Shown: positions 42,774 through 53,253 of the stretch, piece after piece
How positions within the stretch are numbered: position 1 is the stretch's first letter
Layout: the number at the start of each line of letters is the position of its first letter
Source of the DNA: an uncultured Alphaproteobacteria bacterium
GTDB taxonomy: Bacteria > Pseudomonadota > Alphaproteobacteria > Rs-D84
DNA length: 64,000 nt
NCBI GenBank assembly: GCA_947367055.1
Contig: CANBCI010000003.1
Coordinates: 24,175 to 88,174 of the forward strand
Direction of reading: 5' to 3'
Translations under genes and position numbers: made by a program
The notes under the pieces: generated by a model
Seen by the model: only the letters and a program-made list of their open reading frames with translations
Databases searched by the model: none
What the model was told of the DNA's origin: nothing

Positions 42774-43616
42774 TTTAAACTTGGTGTTCGCCTGTATCGG
42801 GCGCGATATAAATCCGCACGCATGCACCGCGGTAAATTCGGCGCATATCGCGCCCGCCACCGCATCCAGACCGTCGTCATGCGTGGTTGCCCCAACCGGC
42901 ATCCAGCCAATCATCTCGGCAATCAAGGGGGTTTGCGTGACGCGGCGGTGCGCATGCAGCCGCCCCGTTGTCAAAACCGGTTCAATTGCATTCAAGATTC
43001 TGTCCGCCTTGTTTGCGTGATTTGCAATTTTATTCACAACAACAGACACGCCGCGTCGCATTGCCGCGTCACGCATTATTTCCGGCAACGCATTTCCGAT
43101 TCCGTTTGTTTCAATCGTTATCCGGCGCATATGGTGGTGCGCCATAAATTCCAAAACCATTTCGCATTGCCGCGCCAACGGGTGCAATTCTTCGTCCCCG
43201 ACAACCAGGTACAGCACATCATGAATATATATATGCCGGTTTTTATCATCACGATATATCATAACGCAGACACTGCCGTCGGATTTTTTACGCCCCGACG
43301 ACGGGTCCCAGTAAATTGCGGCCCCGGTCATTAATGCATCGCCTATCTTTGCGGTGCGCAAATCAAACTCCGCATCATATATGTCCAACGCATCCGGATC
43401 CAGACGCGCCCTGTCAGGGGCAATGTATTCCAGCATCATTTGCGCGGCAAAGTGACGCGGGCCCACAACCTCTCGCAATTGTGCGATTGCAGGCGGCGGG
43501 AATTTTTCCGGCCACGCCGGGTTTCCGGCCGCGTCCACTATTGGAATTTTTAATTTCTGGTAGCCTTGCAAAAAAGGCGTTGAAAAAGCAAAATTTTCAT
43601 ATACTATATTTGGCAT
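42768..43616 (-). pseudogene. phage terminase large subunit, C-terminal nuclease domain fragment
   Basis: RNase-H-like terminase nuclease motifs (VCVMIYRDD..., ITIETNGIG, HDDGLDAVAGAI). No ATPase domain present. Start overlaps the dnaB start. Confidence 0.65.
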
Positions 43617-45165
43617 GGACTTTACTCCAAAAAATTTGCCCACCAATCTGGAAGCGGAACAGGCAGTTCTGGCCGCCGTGCTGATGAACAACCGCGCACT
43701 GGAACGCGTGTCGGAATTTCTAAAGGCGGAACATTTCTCGCACCCCGCGCACCAGGAAATTTACAAACTGGCCGAACGGCAATTTTCGGCGGGCATACCA
43801 TTTGATATAATCACCGCAAAAAACTACCTGGAACAACAGGGCGTGCTGGAATCGGTCGGCGGGGTTGATTACCTGGCCGAACTGTCCGGGGCGGGCGCAA
43901 CCGTTGTCAATGTGGAACAATACGGCCGCATAGTCTATGAAAACGCCCTGCGACGCGATTTGATAAACCTGGGGCAATCAATAACCGACAATGCGTTCAT
44001 CGAAGACCTGGATAATCCGGTTTCGCGCCAAATTGAAATGGCGGAACAAAAATTGTTCGAAATGGCCACCGCCGGCGCATCTGAACGCGAAATATCGTCA
44101 ATCGCAACCGCGTTGCAATCCGCCCTGCAAGAGGCGGAAATCGCCTACAAGGCAGACGGCCAATTATCAGGTCTGACAACGGGCCTGACGGCATTGGATA
44201 AATCAATCAGCGGTCTGCACCATTCCGATTTGATTATCATCGCGGGCCGACCGGCCATGGGTAAAACAACATTGGCGATGAACATTGCATTCAATGCGGC
44301 GTCTGCAATATCGTACGGCCGCGCAAACCCGCAATACAAGGGGGCCGTCGCATTTTTCAGTCTTGAAATGTCGTCATCGCAGTTGGCCGCGCGTGTTTTG
44401 TCGTCCCAATCCAAGATTCCCGCATCCGCAATGCGCGAAGGGAACCTGACCGACGAAGACATGTTAAAAATGTCCCAGTATTCCGCGGCAATCGGAAATG
44501 TGCCGTTGTATATTGACGACACGCCCGGAATGTCTGTGCCGATGATTCGCACGCGGGCGCGTCGCCTGGCCCGCAAATGTGGTGGTATCGCATTGATTGT
44601 GATTGACTACCTGCAACTTATGACATCGCCCGGCGGCAAACGCAATGACAATCGCGTTCAGGAAATCTCCGAAATCACCCGCGGCCTTAAAATGCTGGCC
44701 AAGGAATTGGATGTACCTGTAATCGCCCTGTCCCAGTTATCGCGTAGTGTTGAATCCCGTGATGACAAACGCCCACAGTTGGCGGACTTGCGTGAATCCG
44801 GATCTATTGAGCAGGACGCCGACATCGTCATGTTCACATACCGCGAAGAATACTATCTGGAAAACCGCGACCCGTCACAAAGATTGTCGGGCAACGCAAA
44901 CGCGAACATCATTGAAAGTTATAACAAGCGTCTGGAACGCGCCCGTGACCGCGCGGACATTATCATCGGTAAAAACCGCCACGGCCGTCCGGAAACCGTA
45001 CGCACCGCATTCTACGGCAACTACAGTCTATTCGACAATCTGGACGAGATGGAGGCACGCGGTCAAAACCCGTTTGACGCCGCCGCCACCGCCGCACCCC
45101 AGGCACCGATTGACCAAATCGATAATTTCGATGTCTCCGCAATTCCGGACGACATGGACATGTAA
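43615..45165 (+). CDS. dnaB: replicative DNA helicase DnaB
   Basis: N-terminal LEAEQAVLAAVL domain, Walker A GRPAMGKTTLAMN, and the H2, H3 and H4 motifs. Confidence 0.9.
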   Translation: MDFTPKNLPTNLEAEQAVLAAVLMNNRALERVSEFLKAEHFSHPAHQEIYKLAERQFSAGIPFDIITAKNYLEQQGVLESVGGVDYLAELSGAGATVVNVEQYGRIVYENALRRDLINLGQSITDNAFIEDLDNPVSRQIEMAEQKLFEMATAGASEREISSIATALQSALQEAEIAYKADGQLSGLTTGLTALDKSISGLHHSDLIIIAGRPAMGKTTLAMNIAFNAASAISYGRANPQYKGAVAFFSLEMSSSQLAARVLSSQSKIPASAMREGNLTDEDMLKMSQYSAAIGNVPLYIDDTPGMSVPMIRTRARRLARKCGGIALIVIDYLQLMTSPGGKRNDNRVQEISEITRGLKMLAKELDVPVIALSQLSRSVESRDDKRPQLADLRESGSIEQDADIVMFTYREEYYLENRDPSQRLSGNANANIIESYNKRLERARDRADIIIGKNRHGRPETVRTAFYGNYSLFDNLDEMEARGQNPFDAAATAAPQAPIDQIDNFDVSAIPDDMDM

Positions 45166-45229
45166 TTATTTTCTTGCGTCACTCTTAAATTTTGACTAAC
45201 ATTTTGTCAAGATATTAAGGAGGTTTGTA

Positions 45230-46237
45230 ATGGCCCAAGAAGAAATAATTTTTCCAAATAACATCAGAAACATTCGTCTGTCACGCGGCATGAAAATGAC
45301 CGAACTGGCGCGGCGTTCAAATTTGTCTTTGTCTGCTGTTTCAAAAATTGAAAAGGGGGTTCGCCGCCTTAATCAAAAGCAGTTGTTAAATATTTGCAAT
45401 ATTCTGGGTTGCAAACTGTCCGACATATTCATCAAGGAAAACGATGACGTCGCCGACCAGTGGCAAAATGAAATCAAGCGCAGACTGACCGACAACGAAG
45501 ACAGCGGTCTTAAAATATTCGGCAGCGGCTTGCGCAAAATCCGCCAACAGGCCGGCAAAACCATTGCCCAGGCCGCCCGTGATGCCGGCATGACCCTATC
45601 CGTTTATCACAAGATAGAGGTTGGTCAACGCGAAGTCTATGAAAACGAAATTGAACCATTGGCGAAATCATTTGCCATGAATGTTGAAACAATGTTTGAT
45701 AAAGTCGCGAACCTGTATAAATCCGGCGAATTAAACAAACAAATCAGCAAGGTCAAAGAACGTGTCAAATCAGTATTGGTTCCGGGCAATCCGATGTCCG
45801 GGCTGGATATGCACGGTGGACTGTACGGCGCAAAACTGTATGACAGCGCGCGCAAAAAACTGGTTCCGGTATTCGGCACCCCGGAGGGCAAGGCAATCGC
45901 ATTCAAGAAATCGGACGCAACAATGATTGTCGCCCCCATCGCATTGGAGGGCCGCAAGGGAATTTACGCCGTCGTTCCGAATTCAAAAAGACTGGGCGGA
46001 TTTATCCCCGAATCATCATATGTTTTTGCAGATGCGTTGACCGCGCCGGCGGCCGGTGACATGGCGGTATGCATTGACACCGATTTTGACGCATTGGATG
46101 CGGATGCGGTCGCAAATGCACAAATCGTCATGGTAAAATCCGATGCCAAGGGCAAACTTTACGGCCAGGTTTCATCACCGGATGAAAAAATTATCGGCAA
46201 AACCATGCACAAGGTAATAATGATTGTGATGGAATAA
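45230..46237 (+). CDS. tandem XRE-family HTH transcriptional regulator (phage-repressor-like)
   Basis: Two Cro/C1-type HTH units (residues about 10-65 and 95-150) and a C-terminal beta-rich domain, possibly a degenerate S24. Confidence 0.65.
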   Translation: MAQEEIIFPNNIRNIRLSRGMKMTELARRSNLSLSAVSKIEKGVRRLNQKQLLNICNILGCKLSDIFIKENDDVADQWQNEIKRRLTDNEDSGLKIFGSGLRKIRQQAGKTIAQAARDAGMTLSVYHKIEVGQREVYENEIEPLAKSFAMNVETMFDKVANLYKSGELNKQISKVKERVKSVLVPGNPMSGLDMHGGLYGAKLYDSARKKLVPVFGTPEGKAIAFKKSDATMIVAPIALEGRKGIYAVVPNSKRLGGFIPESSYVFADALTAPAAGDMAVCIDTDFDALDADAVANAQIVMVKSDAKGKLYGQVSSPDEKIIGKTMHKVIMIVME

Positions 46238-46259
46238 ACAACCACAGGAGGGGGTCGTC

Positions 46260-46937
46260 ATGCTAGCAAAGGCCAGCGTTATCGCACAAAGGTTATTAAA
46301 CCTTTACCGCCAAGAACATGTGATTTTCGGCGGTTGGGCGGCAATAAATCCGATATTTGTCGCGGATGCAACCCCCGATGTCATGGCGGAACTGCGTCAA
46401 ATGCCCACGGGGAAAATATTGCTGCGGCATATTGAAAACCTGCGCAGCGGCAAAACCCCGATGGATACGATTGAACGCGATTTGCTGCCCTATGGCGGTT
46501 TGATGACGGAATCTGTTGCAACAATAACACTTACCACTGCGGAATGGAACGAACTGGAACACGGGCTTGATAATTTCACCCCCGATCAGTCCGGGCTGGA
46601 CGCAATTGAAAACCTGAATGTCGTAAAGAAATTCGGCGACCAATGGCTGGTCGCAATTCGCGCGGCACTGAATGCGAAACCGCAATTGCTGGAAAAATGG
46701 GCCGCCGTCACCCAGACATATCGCGCGTACTATCTGTGGAAAGTCGCCAGCGACATGATTAACCAACCGCTGACCGACCGTGCCCGCGCCCAATTACAGG
46801 CAGATATGCCGGAATACGAAACATACCTGCCTATGTTTGGTGATGCGGGAACGGAACTGCTGTCAAAATTGCGCCTTGCAATCAGCGGTGTAAAACACAC
46901 CACGCAATCAGACGACACGATTTTTGCCGACAATTAA
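46260..46937 (+). CDS. hypothetical protein
   Basis: 225-aa ORF with RBS GGAGGGGG. No recognised domain. Confidence 0.45.
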   Translation: MLAKASVIAQRLLNLYRQEHVIFGGWAAINPIFVADATPDVMAELRQMPTGKILLRHIENLRSGKTPMDTIERDLLPYGGLMTESVATITLTTAEWNELEHGLDNFTPDQSGLDAIENLNVVKKFGDQWLVAIRAALNAKPQLLEKWAAVTQTYRAYYLWKVASDMINQPLTDRARAQLQADMPEYETYLPMFGDAGTELLSKLRLAISGVKHTTQSDDTIFADN

Positions 46938-47551
46938 TCATCTTCACCCGTGCGGTATATGGTGTCCATCGTATGCGGCGTACCGATATAAATCATGGCC
47001 CCCGTCGGCGACAATATAAAATCCAACTCGCGCAAGCGTTCACGCATATTTTCACGTTTTTGTGCGGTGTTGCATGTATTTGGTACTTCTATGTCGTCAC
47101 AGATTATTAAGTCCGCACGCATACCGGTTATGTTTCCGGAAATTCCCTGGCATATTACGGACGGTTCGCGGATTCCTATCGGTCGGTTCACAGTGATGCG
47201 TCCCGCAGCCCATTCGCGCCTTATTTGTGGAACCAAGTCCACGCATTTCGGATGATTTTCCAATATATTGCGTACATGCGACACCATTCGCGACGCCAGT
47301 CCGCTTTCCGCAGATAAAATCAATATGCGCGTTTCGGGCCGCATATATAAAACACATGCGGCAAAAATACCGACAACTGTAGATTTTCCGGAATGTCGAA
47401 ACGCGGTCAGCAATCCGCGATGCGGCGCATCGCACCAAATATGCACCAAGAATTCCATAATCTGTCTATGGTGCCGCGGCGTTGTTAGTCCCAGAATATT
47501 ATTCCACTCGTCCAGAAATTTACAAAACTCCGTAGTCATCGCGATTTTCAT
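46934..47551 (-). pseudogene. phage terminase large subunit, N-terminal ATPase domain fragment
   Basis: Walker A FRHSGKST and Walker B LIICDDIE. Ends ...GTPHTMD at a stop abutting the convergent gene. Confidence 0.65.
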
Positions 47552-48080
47552 TCGGTGCCGGATCCGTTATGCTGCCATAGTCATTGATTAGTTCCGGCAA
47601 TGCGTTTTCCAAAACCTGCAACAGATTGTTATAAAGCCCCAGCACGCCGCCGCCTGATAATTTGTCTTCGATTAAGTTAACCGTATAATCCAGAAAATGC
47701 TTTATATTGTCATGAGTATTCGCCCATTCGGTCAAATCGACATCAACACTTCGCAGGTCCAGCAACGCATTAAGCAAAAAATTAAAATCGGCGTTCAAAT
47801 GTTCCGGATCTATCTTGGCGGTGGGCTGATAATCAACAACCCGCGACAAGGCGATTTTCCGAAAAATGTCAATATGCGCGCCTTTGCCCGGTGCGTTCAA
47901 GATAACAACATTGCCGCCATTGAATTCATCATTCGGATATACGGCATATTGATCGTCACCCAACAGCTTGTCATCAATACTAACATGAATATCGGCGGCT
48001 TGAAAGAACGGAAACGCGAACAGAAATTCATTCGTTTCACCATCGCCGATATATGAAATCTTGTACATTTCATCCCCCAC
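47520..48080 (-). CDS. phage hypothetical protein
   Basis: ORF in the structural cluster. Confidence 0.4.
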   Translation of the reverse strand: MGDEMYKISYIGDGETNEFLFAFPFFQAADIHVSIDDKLLGDDQYAVYPNDEFNGGNVVILNAPGKGAHIDIFRKIALSRVVDYQPTAKIDPEHLNADFNFLLNALLDLRSVDVDLTEWANTHDNIKHFLDYTVNLIEDKLSGGGVLGLYNNLLQVLENALPELINDYGSITDPAPNENRDDYGVL

Positions 48081-48081
48081 A

Positions 48082-48429
48082 TTATCCGATTAACGAATCA
48101 AAGCGCCCCAACAGGGATTTCAACAAATTCGGTTTTTGAACTTTTATCTTGCTCAATTTTTCCAAATTGTTGCGCCGTTTTTCATTATACGGTTCCTCTG
48201 TTTCGGATTTTAAGCGTTTTAGAACCGCCCCTTCGGTCACACCGCCGTTTGACATTCCGGCCGCGCCGTATTTCGCGCGTTGTGCCGCCAGATTCTTTTT
48301 TACCAAATTGACCTTGGCCTTTTCGTCCGCCGCCATTTGTTCCAGAATTTTCTGGCGTTCGTTTTTGGCTTCTTTTTTTGCTTTTTTATAATCCAAGATA
48401 TCTGTCACCTCTGATATGGTCTGCCCCAT
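48082..48429 (-). CDS. phage hypothetical basic coiled-coil protein
   Basis: Lys/Glu-rich 115 aa. Confidence 0.4.
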   Translation of the reverse strand: MGQTISEVTDILDYKKAKKEAKNERQKILEQMAADEKAKVNLVKKNLAAQRAKYGAAGMSNGGVTEGAVLKRLKSETEEPYNEKRRNNLEKLSKIKVQKPNLLKSLLGRFDSLIG

Positions 48430-48448
48430 TTTTTACTCCTTTGTAGAA

Positions 48449-50161
48449 TTAAACGGTATATCGTCCGTTAATCGTCACGGACAATATGGTCGCCGGCAAC
48501 TGCTCATCGCTGTGCACGGTCCATGATGCCGACATGCAATCATATTGCGTCCCCAGGCAATTTATGGATACGTCACCAGAAAATCCGGCGGCGTTTGTTT
48601 CATAAATCCGGTCCGGCAATGTTACACGTTCGCCGTTTATAAATATTGTTTTCGTATTTAAAATACGCGCAGATATTTTTCGCAACCGTATGCGCGACAC
48701 GCTGTGCCCGGACGCATACATCGGCAACGCGGATGCCCGGAAAGAAAAATTATACTGCCCGGCGTCTTTAAGTGCGCCGTCGGCAAACTTTTCTATTAAA
48801 AACGCATCGCCGCGTTCAACGATGACATACGTCTCGCCATCCATTACGGCGACGGCTTTGAACTGGCCGCTGGTTTTATAGCGACCCCACGCCGAAATCC
48901 CCAATGCTGAATTTTGGTTCAGTACGGCCATTGCCCCGTCCGCCATAACCACGAACAATTGCCGCGTCTTGTCATTATATGCAACGTCGACGGGATTGTT
49001 CATCAGATGCTTTGAAAACGCACATAAATCGTTCGCGTTGTAATTTTCCCCCAACTCGTCCAGACTTAATTCACGTATGTCCTTTTGACTGGCGGAAATG
49101 AAAACAGTTGCGCCCTCTATCTTTTGCGGCGGCAGATAACGCGATGCGACACTGCCGACAGACGTGTGCTGTTTTATGTCCACCGCCGACGGCGTAAGGG
49201 GTTTGTTTGATATGGCCCATTCGCCGACCGTGGTCAATATCTGCAGATTTTCACTGCTGACGACGGTGCAGATTTGCTGGCGCTGCTGCGATAACAATGT
49301 GATAAATATCGCCTCGTCATCAAGGCCGGTTCCCATATTAAAGTTCGTATGCCGGCCGACCTGTGACATCCAAACGCCACTGGGCCATGTTTTAGACCCA
49401 CCAAAAACCAATCTATCCTGGTGAAATGTTATGCTGCATGGCCAACCGCGCCGGTTACTGAATGCGGATTCACGCCAATCAGATACCGGGCCTGATGGCA
49501 AACTGTATGTGCCGTTCGTATAAGCCACCACATTAGTCGGGCTTTCGTACGAATTGATTATCCACTGCTTGCCATTTATTTCCAGACGTGATCCGACGCT
49601 CTCGGCCGTCCAGAAACTTTGGTTTGTGGTAAGGTTCGCAAAATTATTCCCCGATGCCGTACTTATCGTGATTGTGATGCCTTCGGAATCGTCAAAGCGC
49701 ATAAACGGCATATTCAAAGTCATATCGGCATCATTACGCGCAAATCCGAACGGCCTTAAATTAAACTCGTTACCGTTCTTTGACAATGTCTGCGGCTGAT
49801 AATCCGGATGAACAAAAATTATCGTTCCAAATCTTTGCGCATACTGCAGGCGGCCCAAATCCTCCTTGCTCCATGGGGCCAATATGCTTTTTATACGAAC
49901 GCCATTGGAATAAACCCCGATGTTCGTTGAACTCAAGACCAGCAAATAATTCTCATCTTCCTGAACAGAAAACGGAATCAGGCGCGTTGCGCCCCATGCT
50001 GTCGCCACCGACACGGTGCCACGACGACGCGTCAGTCCGCCACCGGCCAAAACATCCATGTTTTCCAGAAACGAAACACCGCGTATGTCATCGCGCGCAA
50101 AAAATTCCGGGGCAACTTCGCCATATGCGAATGAATTTTGTGTCTTTATAAAATCTGCCAT
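48449..50161 (-). CDS. T7 gp12-like tail tubular protein B (shortened)
   Basis: N-terminal N..GGEV.P...R.D..G...LEN...GGL..RRG pattern resembles the gp12 N-terminus. Sits downstream of a gp11-like gene. Confidence 0.5.
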   Translation of the reverse strand: MADFIKTQNSFAYGEVAPEFFARDDIRGVSFLENMDVLAGGGLTRRRGTVSVATAWGATRLIPFSVQEDENYLLVLSSTNIGVYSNGVRIKSILAPWSKEDLGRLQYAQRFGTIIFVHPDYQPQTLSKNGNEFNLRPFGFARNDADMTLNMPFMRFDDSEGITITISTASGNNFANLTTNQSFWTAESVGSRLEINGKQWIINSYESPTNVVAYTNGTYSLPSGPVSDWRESAFSNRRGWPCSITFHQDRLVFGGSKTWPSGVWMSQVGRHTNFNMGTGLDDEAIFITLLSQQRQQICTVVSSENLQILTTVGEWAISNKPLTPSAVDIKQHTSVGSVASRYLPPQKIEGATVFISASQKDIRELSLDELGENYNANDLCAFSKHLMNNPVDVAYNDKTRQLFVVMADGAMAVLNQNSALGISAWGRYKTSGQFKAVAVMDGETYVIVERGDAFLIEKFADGALKDAGQYNFSFRASALPMYASGHSVSRIRLRKISARILNTKTIFINGERVTLPDRIYETNAAGFSGDVSINCLGTQYDCMSASWTVHSDEQLPATILSVTINGRYTV

Positions 50162-50176
50162 AAGAAATCCCCCGTA

Positions 50177-50695
50177 TTAAAAGCGCGTGTTTATCAATGA
50201 AAATGCACCAATCTCCACACCGGTCGAGGTTGTGCTGTCTATAAACTTGGCGGACTGAATTTCAGATTCATACAATGCGACAAGCATTCTGAACACGGTT
50301 TGATCGCCGGTCAAAGGTATGCAAAATTCCATCGCCAGTTTTGTCGCGGCAAGGGATGCAAAATAGCTGGGAAAATTCTCAACCGGAACACGCACAACCG
50401 CCGAAATATGTGCCGTATCAGACCGGGCCAAAATTTTGTTTCCCACAATTTGCCCGTCGCATTTCAAGATGCGGATGCAATCGGCGGGAATTAAAAAATC
50501 GCCGTCGGCATTTTTTACCAAATCAACATTACGCGTGGCAAATCGCCACGGATGCGACGCAATCAAAGCATCAACCACCGGGTCAAACAGTGTCCGCGCC
50601 AGACGCGACGCCGCACTGTCGTCACTTAAAGACTGCACCGGTTGTTCGCCCAGTTTCAGCAACGCCATCGAACACAAATCTATTTTGGTAAGCAT
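50177..50695 (-). CDS. T7 gp11-like tail tubular protein A
   Basis: LGEQPVQSLSDDSAASRLARTLFDPVVDALIASHPWRF aligns with gp11 [38 protein letters not shown]. Similar length. Confidence 0.6.
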   Translation of the reverse strand: MLTKIDLCSMALLKLGEQPVQSLSDDSAASRLARTLFDPVVDALIASHPWRFATRNVDLVKNADGDFLIPADCIRILKCDGQIVGNKILARSDTAHISAVVRVPVENFPSYFASLAATKLAMEFCIPLTGDQTVFRMLVALYESEIQSAKFIDSTTSTGVEIGAFSLINTRF

Positions 50696-50780
50696 TTTTG
50701 CCTCTATTGTTTATCAAGTACAACAAACGGGCCGCCGACATAACGACGGCGGCCCGACACAAAAAACCAATTGCTATGCG

Positions 50781-51014
50781 TTAAGACAACGCCGCCGTTT
50801 TTACAACACCCGAATCAATCGAGATCTTTTTCATTCCCGTATTATCAGACGCGTTGATAATCACAATGTCGCCGGCATTCATCAATGTTTTAACATTGTC
50901 AAAATAACCGTTGGCTGTTATTGCGGTCATCGTTTCCGATGTCGCCGCATAATGCCACAGTGTGAATCCGTTCGCATATGCGATGACCGACAAATTCTTG
51001 TTTTGAAACGCCAT
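50781..51014 (-). CDS. phage hypothetical small protein
   Basis: 77-aa ORF between the capsid and gp11-like genes. Confidence 0.35.
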   Translation of the reverse strand: MAFQNKNLSVIAYANGFTLWHYAATSETMTAITANGYFDNVKTLMNAGDIVIINASDNTGMKKISIDSGVVKTAALS

Positions 51015-51036
51015 TTTTCTTTCCTTTGGTTAATTG

Positions 51037-51894
51037 TTATTTATTCTGGGCGGTTTGAGAAGCATCGGCCACAACTTTCACATCGCTGCACTTTACACGG
51101 ATAATTCCGTCGTTATCAATCAACACCGCGCCCTGGGACATGCTGTTGCTGATAAAGTGTGCGGCGCGTTCGCCATGCCATGAAATATCTGTTTTGACTT
51201 CCTGGCCGCATGCATGACCAATGCTGGACGCATGATATATAAAGCAATCGCGCTTGTTGCTGGTGACCGGCAAACCGTTATGCAGTACCCATGTGATGCC
51301 CAGCCATTTGCGGCTTTCGAAACCGTTGACCAGTGGTGAATCCGCCCCGACATAATCTGCGGAAATAAATTCATCCATTGACAACAGTTCATTCCACTGA
51401 TGCACGCCGACAACCGCGAAACGACGACCGTCATCGGGAACATCGGCGGCATTTAATTTTTCAACCGCGCTTAAAATCAGGTCTTTGGTAAGTTCGGTTG
51501 TGTAATCACCAACACTGGTTGTCGCCGTGTTCATAGCGTCGATAATCAGTTCATCGGTTTTGCGCCCCAGGGCATATGCACCGGCACTGGCAACAACACG
51601 ACGCTCATCAACATTGGTTTTCAATTCATCCAACGCATCAACCCAATCGCCGGCATAATAATCCTGCAAAACGCATTCAACCGGTTCATGGTTCAAATTC
51701 ATCACGGGAACAATACCGTGGCGAGACTTTGTGCTGGCGGTGCCGCGCCCAACTTTCTGGAAAGTTGTCGACGCGCCGACAACACCGGATTTACTGCGAA
51801 TTGTGGAACGCAGTTTTGTGCCCATCTGCTGATATGCCAAATGGACATCGGCTTCAAATTGTTTCACGAAGACTTGATCTATGGAAACAGACAT
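51037..51894 (-). CDS. T7-like major capsid protein
   Basis: Start MSVSIDQV with AAAGGAA RBS. F.K.F...RS.IRSKSG..F..VGRGTA resembles the gp10A N-terminus. C-terminal block resembles gp10 ...HRSAVG.... Confidence 0.65.
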   Translation of the reverse strand: MSVSIDQVFVKQFEADVHLAYQQMGTKLRSTIRSKSGVVGASTTFQKVGRGTASTKSRHGIVPVMNLNHEPVECVLQDYYAGDWVDALDELKTNVDERRVVASAGAYALGRKTDELIIDAMNTATTSVGDYTTELTKDLILSAVEKLNAADVPDDGRRFAVVGVHQWNELLSMDEFISADYVGADSPLVNGFESRKWLGITWVLHNGLPVTSNKRDCFIYHASSIGHACGQEVKTDISWHGERAAHFISNSMSQGAVLIDNDGIIRVKCSDVKVVADASQTAQNK

Positions 51895-52126
51895 AACAAA
51901 TTCCTTTTGATTAAAAATTAAAAACAGGCGCAAAATCGCGCCGATGAAATTTTGTTTTCTGGTTGTGCAATCAATGCGCCATGAAACAAAACGGTACCGG
52001 GGTCCAAATCGGATTGCCCCGGAATTTATGTTCAGTCGCACTGTGAAATTCACACGCATGCAACTGAACATAAAAAAATCCCCGTACGGGGATAAAAATA
52101 AAACCCCCGCAATGCGGGGGAAAACA

Positions 52127-52489
52127 TTATTTTTTCTTTGCAACCGGTTTTTTGGCGGCAACTTTTTTAGCAGCTGGTTTCGCAACTACTTTTTTCGCGG
52201 CCGGTTTTTTTGCAACAACTTTCTTTGCAACCGGTTTTTTAGCGGCAACTTTTTTCGCCGCCGGTTTCGCAACTACTTTCTTTGCAGCCGGCTTTTTAGC
52301 AGGCGCAGCTTTTTTAGCAACAACTTTTTTTGCAACCGGTTTCGCGGCAACTTTTTTCGCCGCCGGTTTCGCAACTACTTTTTTCGCGGCCGGCTTTTTA
52401 GCAGGCGCAGCTTTTTTAGCAACCGGTTTCGCCGCCGGCTTTTTAGCGGCAGGTTTCTTCGCGGCTGGCTTTAAGAATGTGAATGCCAT
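52127..52489 (-). CDS. histone H1-like Lys/Ala-repeat DNA-binding protein
   Basis: MAFTFLKPAAKKPAAKK... followed by about 110 aa of (K/P/A/V) repeats. RBS AGGGAGAG. Confidence 0.6.
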   Translation of the reverse strand: MAFTFLKPAAKKPAAKKPAAKPVAKKAAPAKKPAAKKVVAKPAAKKVAAKPVAKKVVAKKAAPAKKPAAKKVVAKPAAKKVAAKKPVAKKVVAKKPAAKKVVAKPAAKKVAAKKPVAKKK

Positions 52490-52596
52490 TCTTCTCTCCC
52501 TTATTTTTATTTTCCTTATAGAACAAATTATTTTTTGTTCATACTTATATTTTATATGAAACATAAAAATTAGTAAAGAAGAAAGTGCAATTTTTT

Positions 52597-53253
52597 CTAT
52601 GAATACAACTTTTTAAAACCGTTTTCTATTTTTCGAACATATTCCGGGTCGGCATCACGCCAATATTTCGGGTCACGCATCATGCGTCGTAAATCACCGT
52701 CGGTCAAATTTTCAGCCACGCTTTTATCCGTTTCCACACTTGGTTCCATTGACTGCATCATCTTGTAGACGCTTTGGATTCCCTGGGCTGTGGCGCATAA
52801 TTCTTCAAACGCATCACTGGGTAAAAACTTTTCACCGAATGTATTTATCGCCTGCAATGCATCATTCATTTTTTCACGCGACCCGAAAAATTTTTCCAGT
52901 TCCGCGATTGCTGTCGTCTCGTTTTGCATCCGGAACAAATCAGACAAAACCGGCGACAAAAATTCTTCGGCAATGGAATAGATTTGTTCGACTTGCTTTG
53001 ACGTCAATCCGATTTCATGAAATTTTTCGCGCAATTGCTCATCATCAAACAGTGCGTTTGACGGATACTCCGCCGCCGTTTCCGGCACACCTATTGCGCG
53101 TTTGAAGCGCATACGCGTTGCATCATCCGAATCATCTGTCGGCACAGAAATCATTGTGCCCATCTTTTTTTCCAATTCACGATATGATTTAATCAGTGCC
53201 TCTTCGTTTAATGTTCCGTTTTCATTCAGAAATTTTTCTGGAATTTTTTCCAT
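52597..53253 (-). CDS. putative capsid scaffolding/assembly protein
   Basis: Acidic, helical. Sits immediately upstream of the capsid gene in the gp9 position. Confidence 0.4.
   Translation of the reverse strand: MEKIPEKFLNENGTLNEEALIKSYRELEKKMGTMISVPTDDSDDATRMRFKRAIGVPETAAEYPSNALFDDEQLREKFHEIGLTSKQVEQIYSIAEEFLSPVLSDLFRMQNETTAIAELEKFFGSREKMNDALQAINTFGEKFLPSDAFEELCATAQGIQSVYKMMQSMEPSVETDKSVAENLTDGDLRRMMRDPKYWRDADPEYVRKIENGFKKLYS

Noticed and set aside
52152-52559. 135-aa plus-strand ORF (AAGFATTFFAAGF repeats)
   Set aside because: It is the antisense reading of the KA-repeat gene. The Lys/Ala reading is the biologically typical one and has a good RBS.
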